Shown here one piece after another: positions 45,185 to 52,710 of a stretch of 52,710 bases of DNA (its first letter is position 1; each line of letters begins with the position of its first letter). The notes beneath the pieces are model-generated. The model did not search any database. It saw only the letters and a program-made list of their open reading frames with translations, and was not told the origin of the DNA. This DNA is from Deltaproteobacteria bacterium (lineage in GTDB: Bacteria > Myxococcota_A > Polyangia > Polyangiales > JAFGIB01), in NCBI GenBank assembly GCA_016929805.1, contig JAFGIB010000290.1, positions 1 through 52,710 on the forward strand, given 5' to 3'. Position numbers and translations under genes: made by a program.

Positions 45185-47302
45185 ATGTCAAAACGCCTCA
45201 TAATCGTCGCACGTTCCGTCGCGGTTTTGCTTCTCGGAAGCGCGATCTCATGCGCGGCGTCGATTCCCAGGGGTCGATACGGGATCAGCTCGGTCGAGCT
45301 GCAGGGTGTCAAAAAGTTCGAGCAAGAGGCGCTGCTCTCGTGTTTGGCCACCCATCGACGACCGAGATTTACTCTCAACCTCGGTCGCGACTCGACCCCC
45401 GAATGCGATGTTCCGCCTTTCGACCCTAATTATTTGCCCGTTGATCTTTGGATTTGGCCTTGGACGGAGTGGCCGCTTTACGACGGGACCACGCTAGAGC
45501 GCGACCTGGACAGGATCGAACGCTGGTATCAAGCGCGCGGTTACTACGATGCGTTGGTAGTGGACTACAAGCTGGTTAAGAACGATGAAGACCAAGAGAT
45601 CGATGTTGAAATAGTAATTGAGGAGGGCGAACCGATAACCGTGGAGCGTATCGAGCTAAAGGGGCTCGACAAGTTATCCCTCGAAGTGCGAGAAGAGGCA
45701 CAAAAAGTCATTCGACTGGAGATCGGAAAACGTTTCGACGAATCGGACTATGACGCGAGCAAAGAGGCGCTCGTCTATTATCTCGGGGATGCTTCCTATG
45801 CGAAAGCCCGGGTAGACGGGCAGGTCACCATTGACCCGAAACGAAAAAAAGCCGCCGTAGTCTATGAAATCACGACCGGACCGCGCTGCTATTTCGATAA
45901 GGTCTTGGTCGAGGGCAACATCGATCTTGAAGCTGAACCGATCATTAAAGCGACGATGATCGACCCGGGTTCGCCCTATTCGGAAAGCAAACTAAAAGAG
46001 TCGCGAGAGGCGATCTACGATCTCGGCGCTTTTGCCTCGGTGGAGATCAGCCCTCGTACCCGGGAGGACAGCAACCGCGTCGACACCGTGGTCCGAGTCG
46101 TGCCGGCTAAAAAATTTCGCTTCGCCGTGGGCGCGGGCATTCAGGTGGGCTCGGATACGCCGCAAAAGAGCGTCGAGCAGTGGAATCTGCACCTATTACT
46201 GAGAGCGGAACATCGGGATTTTATCGGAGGAATGCGAAGGCTGCGAATCGAGGATCAGCCCAGGATGATCTTTATGGAAGCTTTTCCTCAAATCGAAAAG
46301 AAACCTCATCCGGGTAACTTATTGACCATCGACTTCAAGCAACCCTCTTTTTTCGAGCCGCGCACGGTCTTGACCACCGCAGGAGAATGGGACTACGGTC
46401 CCGATCCGTACCAAGGCAACTACGTCCGACACGACCTCGATATTTGGGCCGGTCCCGGGAGATATTTCTTCCGGCACGCGCTGTACCTCTCGAGCACGAT
46501 CCACGTCAATCTCTTTCTTCCAAATAGACCTAAGTCGATGGGTACGACCGATGGCGATGACTCGCGAGCTACTTCAAGAGCGGCCGAGTGGTGCCCTAAT
46601 TGGTTGCAGGACTACTATGTCACGTTTATTCAACATAGTATTCAGGTCGATCTTCGCGATGACATGCGCAGACCGCGAAGCGGTTCCTTCTATGCACTAA
46701 CGATACAACACGCGGGCTACTTCTTACCGAGTTACTGGGACTACCTCCGTGTCACCCCGGAAGCTCGCGGCTATCTCCCCCTTCCGCTGCGGATGGTTTT
46801 GGCCGGGCGGGTGCGTATGGGGATTCTACTGATTAGCGATAGTCAAATCGGTGACGACCCCGAGCTACAGGAGCTTCGCGACTACGGTCCGATTCGCTAT
46901 CGATTGCGCGGCGGCGGCTCGAACAGCGTTCGCGGCTACAACCCGAATACGCTGGGGGATACGGTCTGGGAATGCGGCCGGCTCTATTCCGGAGGGCTAC
47001 GCCAATGGGAAGCCTCGCTGGAGTTGCGCGTGCCGCTTACGGTTGATCTCGGAACCGTCGTTTTCGTCGACGTCGGCGACGTAACCATCGAAGAGGTCTT
47101 TCGCTTTTACTATCCTCATACCACCGTCGGTTTCGGTTTTCGCTACGATACAATCGTTGGGCCTTTGCGCTTTGATTTCGGCTTTTTACCCAAGGGGCTG
47201 CAAACCTTCGGAGAATTCGACCCGCCGAAATCCAACCTACCGCCGGGTAAGATATTCGGGTTGGACGGGGCGTTTCACATTACCATCGGTGAAGCATTCT
47301 AG
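45185..47302 (+). CDS. Omp85 family (TamA/BamA-like) protein
   Basis: POTRA motif YQARGYYDA, GGSNSVRGY, TIVGPLRFDFG, ends FHITIGEAF. Confidence 0.92.
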   Translation: MSKRLIIVARSVAVLLLGSAISCAASIPRGRYGISSVELQGVKKFEQEALLSCLATHRRPRFTLNLGRDSTPECDVPPFDPNYLPVDLWIWPWTEWPLYDGTTLERDLDRIERWYQARGYYDALVVDYKLVKNDEDQEIDVEIVIEEGEPITVERIELKGLDKLSLEVREEAQKVIRLEIGKRFDESDYDASKEALVYYLGDASYAKARVDGQVTIDPKRKKAAVVYEITTGPRCYFDKVLVEGNIDLEAEPIIKATMIDPGSPYSESKLKESREAIYDLGAFASVEISPRTREDSNRVDTVVRVVPAKKFRFAVGAGIQVGSDTPQKSVEQWNLHLLLRAEHRDFIGGMRRLRIEDQPRMIFMEAFPQIEKKPHPGNLLTIDFKQPSFFEPRTVLTTAGEWDYGPDPYQGNYVRHDLDIWAGPGRYFFRHALYLSSTIHVNLFLPNRPKSMGTTDGDDSRATSRAAEWCPNWLQDYYVTFIQHSIQVDLRDDMRRPRSGSFYALTIQHAGYFLPSYWDYLRVTPEARGYLPLPLRMVLAGRVRMGILLISDSQIGDDPELQELRDYGPIRYRLRGGGSNSVRGYNPNTLGDTVWECGRLYSGGLRQWEASLELRVPLTVDLGTVVFVDVGDVTIEEVFRFYYPHTTVGFGFRYDTIVGPLRFDFGFLPKGLQTFGEFDPPKSNLPPGKIFGLDGAFHITIGEAF

Positions 47303-47442
47303 AGAGAGATACCGTCGTCGCCATCATCGCCGAGCGGTGATTCGACGGCACGGCTTTTAGACGCTCCGGAACGGGTAAACGCCGCAAGTTACCGAAATCC
47401 TCTCGAACGAAAAAAGCCATAAGCGCTTTTTCGTTTCTTGGT

Positions 47443-47503
47443 TTTTTTAACGGCGAATCGGCCGTCTTCGTAGCCAAACAGCACTACACCCCTGAACGGT
47501 TAC
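47443..47503 (-). mobile_element. Family B degenerate terminal arm
   Basis: GGCGAATCGGCCG and CCCCTGAACGGTTAC match positions 17-29 and 44-58. Confidence 0.7.
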
Positions 47504-47504
47504 G

Positions 47505-47532
47505 TTGAAGTGCACAACGCGTAGCGTATAAT
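47505..47532 (+). promoter_or_regulatory. Sigma70-type promoter, probably giving a leaderless mRNA
   Basis: TTGAAG-N16-TATAAT, then 7 nt, then ATG 47540; no extended SD. Confidence 0.7.
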
Positions 47533-47539
47533 CGCACGG

Positions 47540-47797
47540 ATGGAAAAGGTATACGAATGGACGACTCACGCGCGAGCCGCTCGCTCCGAAGGCGCTTATT
47601 GGCGTAGTCGAAGCGTCGAAGAGCGAATTTCAGCAGTAGAAACTATCCGAGAGGCTACATGGGGTATATACGATGAAACTTCCGCCCGATTGGAGCGAGT
47701 TTATCGGTTTGTTGAACTCTCACCGCGTAAGGTTCATAATCGTGGGCGCGCACGCGCTAGCGGCCAACGGAAGACCGCGCGCGACCCAGGATATTGA
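47540..47797 (+). CDS. Small basic protein, putative antitoxin partner of the nucleotidyltransferase
   Basis: Directly follows the promoter; YWRSRSVEERISAVETIR helix; overlaps the next gene by 125 nt. Confidence 0.6.
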   Translation: MEKVYEWTTHARAARSEGAYWRSRSVEERISAVETIREATWGIYDETSARLERVYRFVELSPRKVHNRGRARASGQRKTARDPGY

Positions 47798-48131
47798 CTT
47801 CTGGGTCGAGCCTACGACCGCGAATGCGAAGCGACTCGGTAAGGCTCTTGACGAGTTCGGATTCACAGAACTGGCGAAAGAGGCGCATAGATTTGCCGAG
47901 CCGGATCGATTGGCCACGTTGGGCAATCCTCCGTTGCGAATTGATATCATGACGAGTCTAACGGGTGTATCGTTCGATAAAGCGTGGAAAGGACGGATAC
48001 GCGTTGATCTGAAGGGTCACGCGGTGGGATTTCTTGGTCGCAAGGAGCTCATCGAAAATAAACGTTCTTGCGGCCGGCCCAAGGATATCGCCGACCTCGC
48101 GCTGCTGAATGAAATCGAAAACGATAGTTGA
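47673..48131 (+). CDS. Pol-beta-fold nucleotidyltransferase (DUF6036/AbiEii-like)
   Basis: IVGAHAL..GRPRATQDID, RIDIMT, K..GRPKD.ADL. Confidence 0.85.
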   Translation: MKLPPDWSEFIGLLNSHRVRFIIVGAHALAANGRPRATQDIDFWVEPTTANAKRLGKALDEFGFTELAKEAHRFAEPDRLATLGNPPLRIDIMTSLTGVSFDKAWKGRIRVDLKGHAVGFLGRKELIENKRSCGRPKDIADLALLNEIENDS

Positions 48132-48145
48132 CCTTAACGTTGCAA
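48131..48145 (+). repeat. Family A TIR remnant
   Basis: ACCTTAACGTTGCAA, first base shared with the TGA stop. Confidence 0.7.
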
Positions 48146-48181
48146 CGAGAAAAAATAACCCGGAGATGGGACGCGAAAATG

Positions 48182-48206
48182 GTAAGCTTTCGGGGGTCAA
48201 ACAAGT
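48182..48206 (+). repeat. Family B end remnant
   Basis: GTAAGCTTTCGGGGGTCAAACAAGT versus GTAAGCGTTCAGGGGTCAAATAAGT (22/25). Confidence 0.7.
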
Positions 48207-48377
48207 TAGAGCCACCGCCGGGCGCGTACCCGCGGCCCAAACTGTTGCGTTTTCGGTGTCCCGCGGGCCCCGAGCGTTCATCGCAACCGAAGCTTTCCGA
48301 CCATGCTCACTGATGACGATATCTGGCTTCACGATAAAAAGGCTCGATTCCCAGCCTTCCCAAATTATATTTTATAT

Positions 48378-50525
48378 TTATGGTAAGGCGCTGCGAACGT
48401 CCGCGCACGTGGCGGTATCGGCCAGTTTGACTAGAGTGTAGGTCGCCGAATCGGCTATATAGTTCGGTTGATTGTTATCGAGAAAACCACCTTCGCTGGA
48501 ACTACAGTCTGAGGTGCTATTGGACCGGTTGCATCCAAAGATGCGGTTATCTACGTGTGTTACCAAAGCATTACCCGAGGAGCCCGTGCAACCGTTCAGA
48601 GTGCCACTTAACGAAAAGGCGAGGCGTGTGGCCATATAGACGAAATCGGCGCGATTAGCGCCTATAAGTGCACTAGTGGGCGGATAATAATCACTACCGC
48701 TATTGGAATAAACGGCCGTCACTCCCGGCTTTCCATCGCCGTCCATATCCGAGGAAGTAAGCGATGAAGCGGTTCCTAGCGCCCAGGTACCGGACGATGT
48801 GGTCGTACCCTTCAGCATCGTGACGGCGGTAAGATTAAGAGTCGCGCCGGGCGATGAGCTACTGAGCATCGCCGTGGTCGACGCGCTAGGCAGATAGGTC
48901 GAATCGAATAGGGATGTCGGGTAATTGATCTTATACCATTCGTTATAGAACGAAGACTTGATATGAGGCGTATTCCATTCACACTCGACTATCGTAACGC
49001 TAAGCGAGTTACCCGACTGAGACACCTGGAGCTTGGTCCACGAATAGAACGTCCCGCTGCCCGCCGAAATCCATGTCGCTGCGGGCCAGCTCACTGCGGC
49101 CGTCACTTTTAGCGCAAAGGTTCCGTTCAAATCGCAGACCGTTCCGCAGGTGCCCGAGTTACAAACAGGAGCTCCATCGTCCCCGTAGTTGTCCGGACAG
49201 GCGTTACCGCAGTAACCACAGTCTTCGAGCGACGTGTTGAGATCAGTTTCGCAGCCGTTGTTATACAAGCCGTCGCAGTCATCAAAACCGGAGTTGCAAT
49301 CCGCGATATTACACGTACCGTCCGCGCATTCCGCAGTGCCGTTATTCGCCGTACACCCGTTACCGCAGTACCCGCAGTTCTGGAGCGATGTATTAAGACC
49401 AGCCTCGCAGCCGTTGATATACAAGCCGTCGCAGTCGTCGAAGCCGGAGTTGCAATCCGCGATATCGCACGTACCGTCCGCGCATTCCGCAGTGCCGTTG
49501 TTGGCGCTACATGGGTTATTGCAGTAACCACAGTTTTGAAGCGATGTATTTAGATCAGCCTCGCAGCCGTTGTTATACGAGCCGTCGCAGTCATCAAAAC
49601 CGGAGTTGCAATCCGCGATATTGCACGTGCCGTCCGCGCATTCCGCAGTGCCGTTATTCGCCGTACACCCGTTACCGCAGTACCCGCAGTTCTGGAGCGA
49701 CGTTTTTAGATCGGCCTCGCATCCATTAATTAGTAAGCCGTCGCAGTCGTCGAAGCCGGAGTCGCATTCCGCGATATTACACGTGCCGCCCACGCATTGT
49801 GCGATGCCGTTATTCGCGATACACGCATTACCACAGGTCCCGCAGTTCAGCAGCGATGTATTGAGGTCAGTCTCACAGCCATTATTCAGCACCCCATCGC
49901 AGTCCGCGAGCCCGGCCGGGCAGGAAGTAATCTTGCATTCGCCGTCGATGCACGTTTGCGAATCGGTGTCGCACTCGTTGTCACACGAGCCACAATGTTG
50001 AGGGTCTGTCATCAGGTCCGTTTCGCACCCGTCCGAGGGATCGTCGCAATCGGCATAATCGTCGATACAGGTAACGACACACGCACCATCCACGCATTCC
50101 GCTGATCCGTTCGGATTCTCGCACGGAGTAGAGCAGACCAAATCAGTAGACGAACCACCGTCGATCGAAGCGTCGTCAGCACTCTCCGAATCATCGGTTA
50201 CGTCACCAGCGGCGTCATTTCCACCCACAGCGCCGTCGAAACCATCGGTTCCGCCGCTATCGGTCGTCCCGCCCGAACCGGTTGTACCGCCGTTTTCAGT
50301 CGTAATACCGGAACCGTCAGCGCTCTCTTTATCAAATGTACCACCAGAACCACTAGTATTTATAGAACCAGTCGTACCGGCGGTGCGAGTATTTAGCGTA
50401 CTATCCCCCTCTTCCGTCGGCGTGAGTTCAAATTCTATTCGGCCGCAAGCAGCAAGTAGAAAAGCGCTCACTATAGCAAAGAGGTATAGCTTCAATGCTA
50501 CGTTTACTCTAGAAACACTCCTCAA
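48378..50525 (-). CDS. Lipoprotein with tandem 52-aa Cys-rich repeats and a beta-rich C-terminal domain
   Basis: Lipobox LAAC; repeated DCDG..NGCE.DL.TS..NCG.CG..C. Confidence 0.85.
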   Translation of the reverse strand: MRSVSRVNVALKLYLFAIVSAFLLAACGRIEFELTPTEEGDSTLNTRTAGTTGSINTSGSGGTFDKESADGSGITTENGGTTGSGGTTDSGGTDGFDGAVGGNDAAGDVTDDSESADDASIDGGSSTDLVCSTPCENPNGSAECVDGACVVTCIDDYADCDDPSDGCETDLMTDPQHCGSCDNECDTDSQTCIDGECKITSCPAGLADCDGVLNNGCETDLNTSLLNCGTCGNACIANNGIAQCVGGTCNIAECDSGFDDCDGLLINGCEADLKTSLQNCGYCGNGCTANNGTAECADGTCNIADCNSGFDDCDGSYNNGCEADLNTSLQNCGYCNNPCSANNGTAECADGTCDIADCNSGFDDCDGLYINGCEAGLNTSLQNCGYCGNGCTANNGTAECADGTCNIADCNSGFDDCDGLYNNGCETDLNTSLEDCGYCGNACPDNYGDDGAPVCNSGTCGTVCDLNGTFALKVTAAVSWPAATWISAGSGTFYSWTKLQVSQSGNSLSVTIVECEWNTPHIKSSFYNEWYKINYPTSLFDSTYLPSASTTAMLSSSSPGATLNLTAVTMLKGTTTSSGTWALGTASSLTSSDMDGDGKPGVTAVYSNSGSDYYPPTSALIGANRADFVYMATRLAFSLSGTLNGCTGSSGNALVTHVDNRIFGCNRSNSTSDCSSSEGGFLDNNQPNYIADSATYTLVKLADTATCADVRSALP
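49200..49904. repeat. 156-bp coding tandem repeat, about 4.5 copies
   Basis: Recurrent CCGTCGCAGTC.TC.AA.CCGGAGT at 156-nt spacing. Confidence 0.9.
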
Positions 50526-50712
50526 TTCCGTCCGAATTACAATAAAGATATAATTATTATAGCTCTCTTGGAATCATTTGAATAGAAGATAAGTGCCATA
50601 GTACTCCGAAATTATATTGACTACATCACGATACAAAGGCGAAAGGGAAAGGGTATGTAAGCAGATGAAGGCCAGCGCCGTTACCCGATGGATCCACTTC
50701 TTTTCCCCGAGG

Positions 50713-52032
50713 TCAGGATTCCCGGGCCTTTACTACCTCCACGCCGCCCATGTATGGAATCAGCGCGTCGGGAACGCGGACGCTGCCGTCCTTTTGCTGG
50801 TACTGCTCTAGAATGGCTACGAAAGTGCGCCCGATGGCCAAACCCGAGCCGTTTAGCGTGTGAACGAACTTGGGCTTCTCGCCCTTTGCCGGTCTGAAGC
50901 GTATATTCGCGCGCCGCGATTGAAAATCTCCGTACCAGGAACAGCTCGAAATCTCGCGATATGCTTTCTGTCCCGGTAGCCAGACCTCAAGGTCATAGGT
51001 TTTGCGCGAGCCGAAGCCCAAGTCGCCGGAGCACAACAGCACAACCTGATAGTGAAGCTCGAGGCGTTTGAGCACCTCTTCGGCGTGAGCGGTGAGCTTT
51101 TCAAGCGCCGCTTCGCCCTGATCCGGACGCTCGACGCGCACCAGCTCGACCTTATCGAACTGATGCTGACGAATCAGCCCGCGCGTGTCTTTGCCGTAGC
51201 TCCCGGCCTCGCTTCTAAAACAGGCGGTGTACGCGACGTGGGTGACGGGAAGCTGTTCGGCGTCCAAGATTTCGCCCGCGTGAAAATTGGTTACCGGCAC
51301 CTCCGCGGTCGGGATTAAATAGAGGTCGTGTCCCTGGTTTTCTTGATGTTCGTCCCAGCTCCAATCAATGCGAAACGAATCAGCAGCGAATTTCGGGAGC
51401 TGTCCGGTGCCGCGCATGGTCTCGTCTTTCACGATGACGGGCGACCAAATCTCGGTGTAGCCGTGCTCTTCGCCGTGTAGATCGAGCATAAAGGCCATCA
51501 AGGCGCGGATCATGCGCGAGCCGTGCCCTAACAGAAAAGAAAACCGGGCGCCTGAAATCTTTGTCGCGCGCTCAAAGTCGATGATTCCTAGAGCTAGGCC
51601 GAGATCGGTGTGGTCCTTGGGCTCAAAGTCAAACTCCGGCTTTTGACCCCAGCTTCGGACGAGCGGATTGTCGCTCGCGTCCTTCCCCACGGGCGTGGAA
51701 TCAGCCGGAAGGTTGGGCACGTGTAGAAGCAGGTTGCTAATCTCCGCCTCGATCTCCCGGTGCTCAGACTCAAGTCCCTTGATCTCCGAGGCGATTTGCC
51801 GCAACGCATCGCGCTGTTGAGCGAACGCCCCGCTTTTCTTGTCGAGCTTGGCCATAAGCGCGTTCGCTTGATTCTGCCCGGTTCGAAGCTCTTGCAGACG
51901 GTGAATCACCCGACGCCTCTTTTCGGCCTTTTCGGCAATCGTATCGATGCTCGCCCGGGCTTCGGCACCGCGTTTATGCAGTATTTCTCTAACTTCTTCC
52001 AGATTTTCCACGACGTATTTAAGGTCGAGCAT
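50713..52032 (-). CDS. serS: Seryl-tRNA synthetase
   Basis: LIPTAEVP, FRSEAGSYGKDTRGLIRQHQF, EISSCS, HTLNGSGLA. Confidence 0.98.
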   Translation of the reverse strand: MLDLKYVVENLEEVREILHKRGAEARASIDTIAEKAEKRRRVIHRLQELRTGQNQANALMAKLDKKSGAFAQQRDALRQIASEIKGLESEHREIEAEISNLLLHVPNLPADSTPVGKDASDNPLVRSWGQKPEFDFEPKDHTDLGLALGIIDFERATKISGARFSFLLGHGSRMIRALMAFMLDLHGEEHGYTEIWSPVIVKDETMRGTGQLPKFAADSFRIDWSWDEHQENQGHDLYLIPTAEVPVTNFHAGEILDAEQLPVTHVAYTACFRSEAGSYGKDTRGLIRQHQFDKVELVRVERPDQGEAALEKLTAHAEEVLKRLELHYQVVLLCSGDLGFGSRKTYDLEVWLPGQKAYREISSCSWYGDFQSRRANIRFRPAKGEKPKFVHTLNGSGLAIGRTFVAILEQYQQKDGSVRVPDALIPYMGGVEVVKARES

Positions 52033-52095
52033 AGCCCGCCTTTAATAGCACAAACCATCTGGTCTCAAAGGTCTGCATCGATTACAACTCGCTTG

Positions 52096-52542
52096 ATGCA
52101 AACAAACGTTTCGGCTCGAACCATAGCTCGGACAGCGGTGGTTCTACTGCTTCTAGCTGCGATTACCTCGGTTTTCGAGCTTTTCGCGCGCCAAGCGCCG
52201 GGGTCGCGTTTCGCTCTGGAGCTTTTACCCGGACCAATTTCCGCTCTGCGTAATACCTGTACTACGCTTGGAGTGCTCTTTTTCGCAACTGCTTGGCTGC
52301 TGCCGTCGATATCTAGACCCCGCGAACCGCGATGGACCGTCCGGCTCGCGCTCGCCGGGGCGACTCTCACCGTTGGATCGAGCATATACGGCGCGCTAAA
52401 CAGCATGTACGGGATTCAGATCACCGACCTTCGTCCTGACGCGACACCGCTTTTCGTCGTCAAGCACCTAGGTCACGCGCTGTTAGGCCTTTGTTTGCTC
52501 GACCTGGCGCGGCGACTTTTTAATCCCCCGCCTGAATCGTAA
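52096..52542 (+). CDS. Hypothetical membrane protein, about 4 TM
   Basis: Hydrophobic helices start after ATG 52096; the longer ORF call overlaps serS antisense. Confidence 0.7.
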   Translation: MQTNVSARTIARTAVVLLLLAAITSVFELFARQAPGSRFALELLPGPISALRNTCTTLGVLFFATAWLLPSISRPREPRWTVRLALAGATLTVGSSIYGALNSMYGIQITDLRPDATPLFVVKHLGHALLGLCLLDLARRLFNPPPES

Positions 52543-52582
52543 AGTCGTTAGTATTCAACAACAGACGTAGAACGAAAAAAAG

Positions 52583-52710
52583 GTAAGCGTTCAGGGGTCA
52601 AATAAGTCGGCGGCCAATTCGCTTGTAAAACCGAGCGCGCCCGCAGGGCCGGCGAGGATGGTACTTGCTGTACCTGACGAGCCGGCCCGAGGACGAAAGC
52701 CGGTTTTACG
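52583..52710 (+). mobile_element. Family B element, longest copy, truncated by window end
   Basis: Left arm, central hairpin GGCCGGC-GAGGAT-GGTAC-TTGCT-GTACC-TGACGA-GCCGGCC, and start of the right arm CGGTTTTAC. Confidence 0.88.

Noticed and set aside
44368-45191. Several short ORFs in the repeat nest
   Set aside because: Mostly translations of repeat DNA; 44686-45069 could be a remnant but has no motif I can support
47443-48206. Nucleotidyltransferase pair as cargo inside a family B transposon
   Set aside because: The two B termini point away from the genes, so the genes lie between elements rather than within one TIR pair
51760-52095. N-terminal extension of the 260-aa ORF
   Set aside because: Overlaps serS antisense; the hydrophobic protein begins at ATG 52096
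52655-52705. Hammerhead ribozyme-like CTGACGA...GAAA
   Set aside because: Stem II pairs only one base, the cleavage position would be G, and stem III does not form; the segment is better explained as the family B hairpin

Overview
52.7 kb of bacterial chromosome. The gene content (Gly-tethered lipoproteins, Cys-rich repeats, PEGA Ser/Thr kinase, class II HMG-CoA reductase) points to Myxococcota/deltaproteobacteria; this is inference. The left third (0.4-17 kb) is an accessory block: surface lipoprotein esterases, an SphA-type outer-membrane channel, an aromatic-acid MFS importer and a FAD/Fe-S(CCG)/FAD oxidoreductase trio, together suggesting uptake and O2-independent oxidation of phenolic acids. 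The rest is largely core (mvaA, ppdK, lon, coaX, M23 peptidase, tsaA, Omp85, serS) but includes a GNAT-HDAC fusion, a Lon whose catalytic Ser is Ala, a zincin-like protein without HExxH, and a leaderless, overlapping small-ORF/nucleotidyltransferase pair. The intergenic DNA holds at least five families (A-E, my labels) of short palindromic MITE/REPIN-like elements. They favour gene 3' ends, supply stop codons, share internal modules and nest in one another at 44.3-44.8 kb. I saw no transposase, tRNA, rRNA or CRISPR array. All product calls come from motif recognition by eye; no database search was run.
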